Program-made: the position numbers and the translations under genes
Source: an uncultured Gemmatimonadota bacterium
Lineage (GTDB): Bacteria > GCA-2686955 > CAYMWF01
Reading direction: 5' to 3'
NCBI GenBank assembly: GCA_964394085.1
Contig: CAYMWF010000025.1
Coordinates: 1 to 32,000, forward strand
Length of the DNA: 32,000 bases
Notes under the pieces: model-generated
Seen by the model: the letters and a program-made list of their open reading frames with translations, nothing else
Told to the model about the DNA's origin: nothing
Database searches by the model: none
Shown here: positions 7,797 through 16,329 of the stretch, piece by piece
Position numbering within the stretch: position 1 is the stretch's first letter
Layout: each line of letters starts with the position of its first letter

Positions 7797-9245
7797 ATGA
7801 CGACGAATAATATTCAGGAAGTATCACACGAATCCGGTGCCGCAGCACAAAAGACCGACCGGAAACATGACGAGAACAATTCGTTCCTGTCGGTCCTGCT
7901 TGCCGCCCGTCCGGCGGATAACGCCGAACACGGTCCCGCCACGGTCCCCGACATGCCCGCATCCCCGGATACGGACGGTTCGAATTCCCGGGCGGTCGAA
8001 ACAACGGCTTCCGCCCCATCCGGCAACCCGGAACAGGCCCCGTCGAAGGAGCTCACTCCCGAAGCGGCGGGCTCCGCGCAGCATTCGCCGGAGAACGAGC
8101 AAACCACCCGCGCATCGGTTCAGTCCGGTTCCCGATCCGCTGAAAACGGGAAAGCGGGCCTCGAACCGGGAACGGAACAGGCCGGAAACGGAAAACTTGC
8201 CGCCGTCCGGGAAGAATGGTCCGCGGGAGCAGCGGAAAACCCCGCGAGTCCCTCCTCCCCCGGTCGACCGGCAGGTAACGTCGCGGCGCTCCAGCCGGAA
8301 ACCGGAACGGCCGGAGAAAAAAGCTGGAACAGCATCGTTAAAGGGATCGAAATCCGTGAAAGCACCGCCGGTGGAAGCGCGCCGGGCGAATCCGGTTCAA
8401 ATACGGCTGATGAAGGCGGTCTCCCGGGCAAGGGGTTGAATCCGGAGGCCGAACTCGAGACGAAAACAGGCGCTCCGAACCGTGAAGCTCTTCCCTCTGA
8501 GAAGGCTGTTGAAACAGCGGATACAAAAACCCGTTCCGGGGGCGAACAGGTTGCGGGAAAAGGCGCCGGAGCAAGTAGTGAAAAAACCGGGAACGCAGGT
8601 GAAACGGCGGAAGCAGGGCGAACCGGGGAAACCAAAGGAGCGGGTGAAGGCGCGGAAACCAGGGGCGCGGGAGAAGCAGGGAAAGCCGGGGAGACCGGGG
8701 ACGAAACGGTAAAAACGGTTCAGGCGAACGGGAAAGGGGCCGCTTCACCGGCGACCGGAGCGGCAGGGGGAAGCGGGACGCCTCAGAGCGTCGCCGCCGA
8801 AACTCCTCCGGCGGAGGAGCTGATTCCCTTCAGGAACGCCGATGTGGAGGAAATGTTCAAGGCGGGCCGCCTCGCGGTTCTGCGTAACGGTAAAGAGGCG
8901 CGGCTCGTGCTCCATCCGCCGGAACTGGGCAAGCTGAGGATCCGGTTATATACCGGCCGAAACCGGAGCGCCGCGAGATTCGTGGTCGAAACTCCGGAAG
9001 CCAGGGAAGCGCTCCTTGCCGGAGAATCCCTGCTTAGGGAAGCATTCGACCGTCATGGTCTGGAGATAGAAGAATTCGAAGTGCTGGTAATCAATTTGGG
9101 GTCGGACGGGGAGAATGGCCGCTACGAAGATGAGGACGGTTCTGAAAAGGACGGTTCTCTAACCAGGAAGCAGTCATCGACTGAGAACAACGCGTCATTT
9201 ATGTCGAGCAAACACCCGTCCGGCCTGATCAATATATACGCGTAA
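7797..9245 (+). CDS. fliK: Flagellar hook-length control protein FliK
   Basis: 482 aa from ATG 7797; the ORF-track start at 7680 overlaps the previous gene. A long disordered P/G/A/E/T-rich region precedes a C-terminal Flg_hook-type domain (EARLVLHPPELGKLRIRL...ARFVVETPEAREALL). It lies directly before flgD. Confidence 0.85.
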   Translation: MTTNNIQEVSHESGAAAQKTDRKHDENNSFLSVLLAARPADNAEHGPATVPDMPASPDTDGSNSRAVETTASAPSGNPEQAPSKELTPEAAGSAQHSPENEQTTRASVQSGSRSAENGKAGLEPGTEQAGNGKLAAVREEWSAGAAENPASPSSPGRPAGNVAALQPETGTAGEKSWNSIVKGIEIRESTAGGSAPGESGSNTADEGGLPGKGLNPEAELETKTGAPNREALPSEKAVETADTKTRSGGEQVAGKGAGASSEKTGNAGETAEAGRTGETKGAGEGAETRGAGEAGKAGETGDETVKTVQANGKGAASPATGAAGGSGTPQSVAAETPPAEELIPFRNADVEEMFKAGRLAVLRNGKEARLVLHPPELGKLRIRLYTGRNRSAARFVVETPEAREALLAGESLLREAFDRHGLEIEEFEVLVINLGSDGENGRYEDEDGSEKDGSLTRKQSSTENNASFMSSKHPSGLINIYA

Positions 9246-9266
9246 GACCGGAAAGGAGGCGATTAG

Positions 9267-9920
9267 ATGCCGGTAAACGGAATCAACGGCGGTTCGAACA
9301 CACCGCAAACGCAATACAGCGCACCGATTCTGGGTAAAGACGATTTTCTGCAGCTGCTCACCACGAAGCTCAGGTACCAGGACCCGATGAACCCGATGGA
9401 GGATCACGAGTTCATCGCTCAACTGGCCCAGTTCAGCTCCCTCGAGCAGATGCAGAACATCAACGAAACGATGCAGACGCAGATCCTGCTGACCCAGAGC
9501 ACGAACAACGCCCTGGCCACCAGCCTGATCGGCAAAGACGTGCAGGCTCTCGGAAACAGCATCTCCCTCGAAGAAGCCGGAACGGCTGAAATTTCAATGG
9601 AGCTGCAGGCCGCGGCGGACGTCACGGTCCGCATCTACGACAAAGACGGAACCGTTGTGAGAACCCTCGCGGCAGGTTCGATGGAAGCCGGAGTGAATTC
9701 GACGACCTGGGACGGCCTCGATACAGGAGGAGAGTCTCTGCCGGCGGGAACCTATACCTACGAGGTTACCGCGATTGCGTCGGATAAAACCACGGTCGGC
9801 GTGACCACCTACACTACGGGACACGTGACCGGAGTGGAATTCGTAAACGGAGCCGCCGAGCTCCTGGTGAACGGGGTGCACATACCCCTGTCGGATGTAA
9901 TCAGGATCGACGAGATCTAG
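9267..9920 (+). CDS. flgD: Flagellar hook cap/scaffold protein FlgD
   Basis: 217 aa with N-terminal [23 protein letters not shown] and an FlgD Ig-like segment ([23 protein letters not shown]). The RBS is AAGGAGG. Confidence 0.93.
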   Translation: MPVNGINGGSNTPQTQYSAPILGKDDFLQLLTTKLRYQDPMNPMEDHEFIAQLAQFSSLEQMQNINETMQTQILLTQSTNNALATSLIGKDVQALGNSISLEEAGTAEISMELQAAADVTVRIYDKDGTVVRTLAAGSMEAGVNSTTWDGLDTGGESLPAGTYTYEVTAIASDKTTVGVTTYTTGHVTGVEFVNGAAELLVNGVHIPLSDVIRIDEI

Positions 9921-9942
9921 AGAAAAGGAGCGGAACACACTC

Positions 9943-10338
9943 ATGAAAACGGGCGGAATTGATAAAGCGGCGCCTGTAAGCGGTGTAAACGGCTTATCGC
10001 CGGCGCATCGTGGAAAGGCGCCCGGGAAAGCGGCCGACGGAGCTTCCTTCAACAGGATTCTGAAGGACAAGCTGGGAAGCGCTCCCGATATCAAATTCTC
10101 AGGACACGCCGCCGAGCGGCTTCAATCGCGCAATATCCGTTTATCCCCCGCCGACAAGACTTCGCTCAGTGAAGCGATGACCATGGCGGAATCGAAGGGC
10201 GCGAAGGAATCGCTCGTGGTCTACAAGGATCAGATCCTCGTAGTGAGCGTGCCGAACAGAACCGTAATCACCGCGGTGGGTAAAAACGCCGCAGAGCCGA
10301 AGATATTCACCAATATCGACAGTGCGGTGATTCTTTGA
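9943..10338 (+). CDS. Small flagellar operon protein (TIGR02530-like) of the type found between flgD and flgE
   Basis: 131 aa. The FSGHAAERLQSRNI motif and the flgD-flgE position match the family seen in Firmicutes and Thermotogae. The call was made from memory, not from a search. Confidence 0.55.
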   Translation: MKTGGIDKAAPVSGVNGLSPAHRGKAPGKAADGASFNRILKDKLGSAPDIKFSGHAAERLQSRNIRLSPADKTSLSEAMTMAESKGAKESLVVYKDQILVVSVPNRTVITAVGKNAAEPKIFTNIDSAVIL

Positions 10339-10434
10339 AAAGTACGAAAAGTACCGGGGCCGGACCCCTCACGGGGAAGCCTCGCCGGCAAACGGCCGAA
10401 TGCCGAAGCCGGAAGGTGTAAAGGAGCAGACAAA

Positions 10435-13137
10435 ATGATGAAGTCACTACTCACAGGATCCACCGGACTGAAAAGCCATCAGTTCAGGATGAACGTGATA
10501 GGTAATAACATCGCAAACATCAACACGATAGGCTTCAAGGCGGGAAGAGCGAGCTTCAGCGAAATGATGGCAAGCACCCTCCAGGGAGCCCGCAGACCCG
10601 AGTCGGGCATCGGCGGGGTGAACCCGATTCAACTCGGCGGAGGCGTCGCCGTGGGAGGCGTCGACAACATATTCACCCAGGGAAGTCTCGAATTCACGGG
10701 GGTCACCACCGACCTCGCCACGATAGGAACCGGGTTCCTGATCGTCTCGGACGGCAGCAGCAACTTTTACACGAGGACTTCGGGGTTCCTGTTCGACGCC
10801 AACGGCCAGCTCGTTGATGCAGCGTCGGGCATGGTGCTCCAGGGAGTAATGGCCAATGCCGACGGCGTGCTCGGCGGTTCCTCCATCGAGGATATCTCGA
10901 TCCCGATGGACCTTACCGACCCGGCGAACGCCACGACCCGCGTAACTTACGGCGGCAACCTCGACGCATCCGAATCCCCGCTCGGGACGATTCTCGACTC
11001 CTCCTCCCTCCTCGCGCTCGCAGATTCGGACGATTCCCTTTCCGCGTTGCGGGATTCTTACGGGAGCGCTCTCGGCCTGACGTCGGGAGACAGCCTGAAG
11101 GTGAGCTGCAGCGCCACCGGGACGACCGAGACGGACGAGCTCTACAACACGTCCGGAGTCAGCTTCAGCCTGAACGCCGGCGACGAGTTCACGGTTTCGG
11201 CGACCAAGGTGGAGATGGATTCCACAGCGGTCCCGGGCGACGTGGACAACGCGTTCAGCTTCAGCCTGACGGTGGGCGGAACCGCTTACACCGTGAACGT
11301 CTCCAAGACCGATACCGGTGACGGCGCCGAATACGACAAGGTGGAGGTGGTCGACAGCATCCGCGCCGACATTATCAATTCGGGCGCCCCCGTGGTGGTC
11401 GAAAACAACATGGACGGCAGCTTCACCATCACCGCCATCGACCAGACCACCGACGTCATCGTAAACGGAACCCAGGGCGAGCTGGATCAGGTCGGCCTCC
11501 TCAACGGGCAGGCGATAACAGCGGATTACGATACAGTCACCATCGGGCAGGGAGACACTTTCAGCGATTTCCTGGCCGATATCGAAGCCGCCCTCGACCT
11601 TACAGGATCGGGATCGGCCTTTACCGTGGCCCAGAACAGCGACGGAAGCTTCACCATAACCCACGGCACCGGCACCGCCGATGCATCGATCGAGATCCGG
11701 GCTTCATCGCCGGCGAACAGCCTCTTCGCCACGGCGATATCGGAACTCCAGGGAGAGCTCGAAGTCGGAGACACCTCCGACGACACCGACCGGTTCACCG
11801 TTCAGTCCGAAATCGTGTTCGGAACCGATTTCGAAGACCTCGAGGAGCTGGCGGAAAGCATCACCGACTCCCTCGGTAAAGCTTCAGGCGCCTTCGCGGC
11901 GACATACTCCGAATCCACCGGAAAACTTTCATACCTGAACGGAACCGGCGGCTCGGATCTTTACGATATCTCAATCACGACCTCGCCGACGAACCAGTCC
12001 TTCGAAACCGCTCTGAGCCTCTCGGACGAGGATATCACCGCGGATGACAGCTCACTCGACTCGACCTATTTCCTGAGAACCGCCGAATCGGATGACAACC
12101 TGATCGAGCTCTATACCGATTCCGGCGACTGGATGGAGATGACCCTCGGCGACGAGCTGGCGATCGACGCCCAGGTGGGAGGAGCGCCTGTGCTCACCAT
12201 GTCCACCATCATCGGCACCGACATCTCGACCTACGGCGAGCTTGCCGAAAAGGTCGAAGAAGCTCTCGGTCTGGATGAAGGAACCGGAGTCTCGATCGAT
12301 TCCGACGGCTCACTGAAAGTCAACGGAACCCCGGGCGAGGCGAACGCCGTCAGCGAACTTTCGATCTCCTCTTCGGGGAACACGGTGCTGGCCTCGGGGT
12401 TCAACTTCTCCGAGCTCCAGGAAGCCGCGGACGTGACGAAATCGGTATCGGCCATCGTATACGACTCGCTGGGCGACAACCATTCGGTGACCCTGACATT
12501 CAAGAAGTCCGAAATCCCCAACCGCTGGACCTGGACCGCCGACACCGGCGGCGACGAAGTGATAACCGGCGGCAGTTCCGGAACCATCCTGTTCAACGAG
12601 GACGGCTCCCTCGCCGCCTTCTCGATTTCAGACGGCGCGCCCCTCTCCTTCGAACCCGGTAACGGCGCAGCAGCAATGGAGATAGACCTTTTTGCCGGAA
12701 CTGCGGATTCCCGCGATGGAATCACCCAGTTCGCATCCACATCCTCCGTTCAGTCGACGAGCCAGGACGGATGGGGCGAAGGAACCCTGAGCACCATCGG
12801 AATCGACTCGGCCGGCATAATCTCGGGACAGTTCACGAACGGGATCACCAGGAACCTGGCACAAATCCACGTGGCTGAATTCAACAATCCCGGCGGGCTC
12901 GAAAAGGCGAGCGACAATCTTTACACCGCTTCGCCCAACTCGGGAGATCCGAAAGTCGGAGCCGCCGGCCCGGCCGGAGGCACTGCGGTGTCTTCCGGGT
13001 ACCTGGAAATGTCCAATGTGGACCTTTCATCGGAATTCACAAGCATGATCATGACCCAGCGCGGATTCCAGGCAAACGCCAGGATAATCACGACATCGGA
13101 CGAAATGCTCGTGGATACGGTGAGCCTGAAACGTTAG
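10435..13137 (+). CDS. flgE: Flagellar hook protein FlgE, unusually large at 900 aa with a central multi-module insertion
   Basis: N-terminus has FRMNVIGNNIANINTIGFKAGRASF. The C-terminus has GYLEMSNVDLSSEFTSMIMTQRGFQANARIITTSDEMLVDTVSLKR. Residues ~185-670 form an acidic, S/T/G-rich insertion. Confidence 0.93.
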   Translation: MMKSLLTGSTGLKSHQFRMNVIGNNIANINTIGFKAGRASFSEMMASTLQGARRPESGIGGVNPIQLGGGVAVGGVDNIFTQGSLEFTGVTTDLATIGTGFLIVSDGSSNFYTRTSGFLFDANGQLVDAASGMVLQGVMANADGVLGGSSIEDISIPMDLTDPANATTRVTYGGNLDASESPLGTILDSSSLLALADSDDSLSALRDSYGSALGLTSGDSLKVSCSATGTTETDELYNTSGVSFSLNAGDEFTVSATKVEMDSTAVPGDVDNAFSFSLTVGGTAYTVNVSKTDTGDGAEYDKVEVVDSIRADIINSGAPVVVENNMDGSFTITAIDQTTDVIVNGTQGELDQVGLLNGQAITADYDTVTIGQGDTFSDFLADIEAALDLTGSGSAFTVAQNSDGSFTITHGTGTADASIEIRASSPANSLFATAISELQGELEVGDTSDDTDRFTVQSEIVFGTDFEDLEELAESITDSLGKASGAFAATYSESTGKLSYLNGTGGSDLYDISITTSPTNQSFETALSLSDEDITADDSSLDSTYFLRTAESDDNLIELYTDSGDWMEMTLGDELAIDAQVGGAPVLTMSTIIGTDISTYGELAEKVEEALGLDEGTGVSIDSDGSLKVNGTPGEANAVSELSISSSGNTVLASGFNFSELQEAADVTKSVSAIVYDSLGDNHSVTLTFKKSEIPNRWTWTADTGGDEVITGGSSGTILFNEDGSLAAFSISDGAPLSFEPGNGAAAMEIDLFAGTADSRDGITQFASTSSVQSTSQDGWGEGTLSTIGIDSAGIISGQFTNGITRNLAQIHVAEFNNPGGLEKASDNLYTASPNSGDPKVGAAGPAGGTAVSSGYLEMSNVDLSSEFTSMIMTQRGFQANARIITTSDEMLVDTVSLKR

Positions 13138-13154
13138 AGGGATTCATGACGGCA

Positions 13155-13166
13155 ATTGACGTCAAT
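13155..13166. promoter_or_regulatory. Perfect 12-bp palindrome ATTGACGTCAAT in the flgE-motA gap, a candidate operator or the -35 (TTGACG) of an internal promoter
   Basis: The sequence is its own reverse complement. It lies in one of the larger intergenic gaps within the long operon (~100 bp), 72 bp upstream of the motA TTG start. The palindrome itself is certain; the regulatory role is not. Confidence 0.3.
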
Positions 13167-13237
13167 CGAAGGAAGCACGCGAAAACGCCGTCGAAAACAC
13201 GGGACTGTCTCCCGTGGTCAAGGAAAGGTGAAGAGTT

Positions 13238-14014
13238 TTGGATCTGACCACAATAATAGGAATCGTACTGGGTTTCACATTTGTCGTCATAACGATTCTG
13301 CTGGGCGGAAGTCTGCTCGGATTCGTCAACGCTCCTTCACTCATGATCGTGATCGGCGGCACCTTCGCGGCGGTTCTCATCACCTATCCTGTCGCCCAGG
13401 TGAAAAGGGTGGTTCCGGTGGTGAAGAACGCTTTCTTCGAAAAAAACTTCTCTCCCATCGAATTGATTCAGCGGATGGTGTCTTTCTCGCACAAAGCCAG
13501 ACGGGAAGGCCTTCTCGCTCTTGAAAAAGAGTGTGAGGAGATCGACGACAAGTTCCTGAAGAGCGGCATCGAGCTCGTAGTGGACGGAACCGAGCCGGAA
13601 CTCATCCAGACGATCCTCGCTACTGAGATCGTAAACATCGAGGACCGCCACTCCACGGGCAAGAAGCTTCTCGCATCCATGGCGGAGTACGCACCCGCCT
13701 TCGGAATGATCGGAACCCTGATCGGCCTGGTGCTGATGCTCAACATGATGGAGGACCCATCCGCAATCGGTCCGGGTATGGCGGTGGCGCTTCTCACCAC
13801 GCTCTACGGCAGTATCCTGGCGAATCTCGTTTTCACTCCTCTTGCGGGAAAGCTCGGCAACAAATCTGAAGAAGAAATGCTTCTCAAGCAGCTGACGGTC
13901 ACGGGGATTCTCTCGATCCAGTCGGGGGACAACCCGAGGGTGCTGGAACAGAAGCTAATGTCCTTCCTGGCGCCCGACCTGAGAAGTATCGATTCGGAAG
14001 AGGCGCAGGAATAG
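13238..14014 (+). CDS. motA: Flagellar stator protein MotA/PomA family
   Basis: 258 aa with four predicted TM segments and MotA/TolQ/ExbB-type C-terminal TM motifs (APAFGMIGTLIGLV, ALLTTLYGSILANL). The TTG start has a purine-rich RBS (aggaaaggtgaagag) upstream. Confidence 0.92.
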   Translation: MDLTTIIGIVLGFTFVVITILLGGSLLGFVNAPSLMIVIGGTFAAVLITYPVAQVKRVVPVVKNAFFEKNFSPIELIQRMVSFSHKARREGLLALEKECEEIDDKFLKSGIELVVDGTEPELIQTILATEIVNIEDRHSTGKKLLASMAEYAPAFGMIGTLIGLVLMLNMMEDPSAIGPGMAVALLTTLYGSILANLVFTPLAGKLGNKSEEEMLLKQLTVTGILSIQSGDNPRVLEQKLMSFLAPDLRSIDSEEAQE

Positions 14015-14027
14015 GAATAAAGGGAAG

Positions 14028-14807
14028 ATGGAAGGCAAAAAAAAGGAAGAAGCCTCGGGCGGCGCTCCAGCCTGGATGGTGACGTACGGTGACATGGTGA
14101 CACTTCTTCTCACCTTCTTCGTGCTGCTTCTTTCATTCTCGTCAATCCAGGAAAGCAAGTTCAGGGAGGCGATCGGCTCTCTGAAGGGTTCTCTCGGTCT
14201 TCTGACCGGTCAGAACAAAGTGGTCGTCCAGTCCTACATCCCGCCGATCAAAGTCTCTGCAGTCCAGAAAAAGAGTGAAATCCAGGATATGATTCATGCT
14301 CTTCAGGATTTTATAGAGCGGGAACGCCTGGAGGATAAGGTCAAGCTGGAATTCAAGGACGACGGTCTGAATATCGTCATTTCCGATCCTGTGCTTTTCT
14401 CCCTTGGAAAAGCCGACCTGAAGCCCACCAGTTTCCCGCTGATCAAACGGATCGCCGGCGTGCTTTCGAACTTCGATTCGGAAATCCATATAAAAGGACA
14501 CACCTGCGATCTCCCGATACACAATCTCGAATTCGAATCGAACTGGGAATTGTCCGCGGCAAGGGCTCTGGAAGTAGTGAAAGTACTGATTGATTCAAAC
14601 ATATCGCCGGAAAAGCTTTCCGCGGTCGCCTACTCCCAGTACAGACCGACAAATCCGAATGATCTCGAAGACAACCGGCGGAAGAACCGCAGGGTGGAGA
14701 TTTTCGTACCCGAAGAAGACTTCGACGAGCTCATGAGAGCTACCATACCGAAAAACATGACTGAAGATCCCGGAAAGAACCCGGTAGCGGAGGTTGGTTA
14801 TGAGTGA
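14028..14807 (+). CDS. motB: Flagellar stator protein MotB (OmpA-like peptidoglycan-binding C-terminus)
   Basis: 259 aa. The N-terminal TM carries the conserved Asp (WMVTYGDMVTLLLTFF). An OmpA-like C-terminal domain is present (NWELSAARALEVVKVL...NRRVEIFV). Confidence 0.93.
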   Translation: MEGKKKEEASGGAPAWMVTYGDMVTLLLTFFVLLLSFSSIQESKFREAIGSLKGSLGLLTGQNKVVVQSYIPPIKVSAVQKKSEIQDMIHALQDFIERERLEDKVKLEFKDDGLNIVISDPVLFSLGKADLKPTSFPLIKRIAGVLSNFDSEIHIKGHTCDLPIHNLEFESNWELSAARALEVVKVLIDSNISPEKLSAVAYSQYRPTNPNDLEDNRRKNRRVEIFVPEEDFDELMRATIPKNMTEDPGKNPVAEVGYE

Positions 14808-15297
14808 CGAGGCAGCCCCAGAGGTTGAAGAGAAAGAAAAAAAAGGCAAGGGAGTCCTGATAGCCGTTGTCGCGGTTTTCGTCGTGCTCCAGGCGGTTGT
14901 CACCTTTTTTATCGTTCAGAAAACCGTTTTTTCGAAAAATACGGAAGGAGCCGAAGCTTCTCAGGAGGAGATTCTTGAAGAAGCGGCTGATGAGCCCGGT
15001 CTCACATTTCCGCTCGAGAACCTCATCGTGAATCCGGCGGGATGCAATGGACTCAGGTTCGTAAAAATATCGATGATACTCGAAACCTACGAGGAAGATG
15101 TCATAGCCGAACTCGAGGTACGCACATACCGGATCAACGATATTCTCATCCGGCTTCTCTCCTCCAAGAGTATAGAGGATCTCGACTCCGGATGGAAGAG
15201 GGACAGTCTGAAAACCGAAATGATCGAAGCTGTGAATGGACAGGTCGGCGAAGGCGGTGTTTCAAATATCTACTTCACCGACTTCATCATCCAGTAA
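14800..15297 (+). CDS. fliL: Flagellar basal body-associated protein FliL
   Basis: 165 aa from ATG 14800, with GGAGG 6 nt upstream. It has a single N-terminal TM and a C-terminus (VSNIYFTDFIIQ) typical of FliL. It lies between motB and fliM. Confidence 0.88.
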   Translation: MSDEAAPEVEEKEKKGKGVLIAVVAVFVVLQAVVTFFIVQKTVFSKNTEGAEASQEEILEEAADEPGLTFPLENLIVNPAGCNGLRFVKISMILETYEEDVIAELEVRTYRINDILIRLLSSKSIEDLDSGWKRDSLKTEMIEAVNGQVGEGGVSNIYFTDFIIQ

Positions 15298-15312
15298 ATA
15301 TCGGAGGAAAGC

Positions 15313-16329
15313 GTGACCAAGTTCCTTTCTCAAAACGAAATAGACTCCCTTCTCGATTCTTTCTCCACGGGAGACATGGAGGTTGAACCGGACTCTCCCG
15401 AACTGGCGCCTTCAGACGAGAAGATCAAGCTCTACGATTTCAAGCGGCCCAACAGGATCTCGAAAGATCAAATCAGGACGCTTCACCTGGTCCACGATTC
15501 ATTCGCGCGCCATTTGTCGAATTCTCTTTCTTCCGTCCTGCGGAGTTTCATCGAGGTCCAGGTCGAATCGATAGACCAGGTGACATACAACGAGGTGATC
15601 GTTTCGATGCCCAGCCCCACCGCTGTTTACATATTCCGGATAGAACCCTTCGGAAGGCAGGGATTCCTGGAGGTGAACCTCCCCCTGGTCTTCTCGATCA
15701 TCGACCGGGTATTCGGAGGCAAGGGGGCGGCGAAGACGTGCAACAGGGAACTCACCCTGATCGAAGAATCGGTCATGAAGAAGATCGCCAACTCGGCCAT
15801 GAACGATCTGGCGGCAGCCTGGCTCCCCTTCTATGAAATGAACATCGAGCTGGAAACGCTCCAGACCAATCCGCGCTTCCTCCAGATCTCGTTCCAGCAC
15901 GATATCGTGCTGTACCTGTCATTCAAGGTGATCATGGAAATGAGCTACGGATTCATCAACCTCTGTTTCCCATACCTGACCCTCGAACCGATGATACAGA
16001 ACCTTACAGGTCAGAAATGGCTCAGGGCCGCCACCATGGCGGATGAAAACGCCATGAAGAATCACTTTGCAAAAGAACTGCTGGAAACGCAGCTGGATAT
16101 CGTCGCCGAGCTGGGAAAAAGTGAAATCCGTATCGGAGAGCTGCTCAATCTCGAAAAGGGCGACGTTATCAGGCTCGATCAGAATGTAGACGCTCCCATT
16201 TCTCTGAATGTCGGAGGAATCGACAAGATGCAGGGATATCCAGGTTTAAAGAAACGTTCCCGCGCGGTCAAGCTTACGGACGTCCAGCTCAAGCTTGCCG
16301 ATTTTTCAAAAGGAGACGACCATGAATGA
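15313..16329 (+). CDS. fliM: Flagellar motor switch protein FliM
   Basis: 338 aa with an N-terminal CheY-P binding motif (LSQNEIDSLL), a central FliM domain and a C-terminal SpoA-like domain. The GTG start is preceded by GGAGGA. Confidence 0.94.
   Translation: MTKFLSQNEIDSLLDSFSTGDMEVEPDSPELAPSDEKIKLYDFKRPNRISKDQIRTLHLVHDSFARHLSNSLSSVLRSFIEVQVESIDQVTYNEVIVSMPSPTAVYIFRIEPFGRQGFLEVNLPLVFSIIDRVFGGKGAAKTCNRELTLIEESVMKKIANSAMNDLAAAWLPFYEMNIELETLQTNPRFLQISFQHDIVLYLSFKVIMEMSYGFINLCFPYLTLEPMIQNLTGQKWLRAATMADENAMKNHFAKELLETQLDIVAELGKSEIRIGELLNLEKGDVIRLDQNVDAPISLNVGGIDKMQGYPGLKKRSRAVKLTDVQLKLADFSKGDDHE

Noticed and set aside
7837-8439. 200-aa alternative-frame ORF inside fliK, and other R/P-rich alternative-frame ORFs such as 5363-5962 and 18757-19488
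   Set aside because: These are same-strand frame-shifted ORFs within confirmed genes. Their extreme R/P/S composition is typical of off-frame translation of GC-rich coding sequence.
10447-11664. 405-aa minus-strand ORF antisense to flgE. Similar long antisense ORFs occur at 2737-3576, 5943-6695, 19660-20454, 21335-22213 and 29938-30816.
   Set aside because: All lie entirely inside strongly supported plus-strand flagellar genes. Their R/G/P/H-rich compositions are typical of antisense frames in GC-biased coding DNA, and they have no recognisable motifs or RBS.
13138-13237. Sigma-28 (TAAA-N15-GCCGATAA) or sigma-54 promoter upstream of motA
   Set aside because: GCCGTCGA at ~13187 is only a weak -10 resemblance and no TAAA lies at the correct spacing. 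No GG-N10-GC arrangement with flanking consensus is present.
13156-13524. 122-aa ORF considered as a possible FlbD, the small protein found between flgE and motA in Borrelia
   Set aside because: It is out of frame with, and largely overlaps, the well-supported motA gene. It is R/G/S-rich and has no FlbD-like sequence. The true intergenic gap is only ~100 bp.
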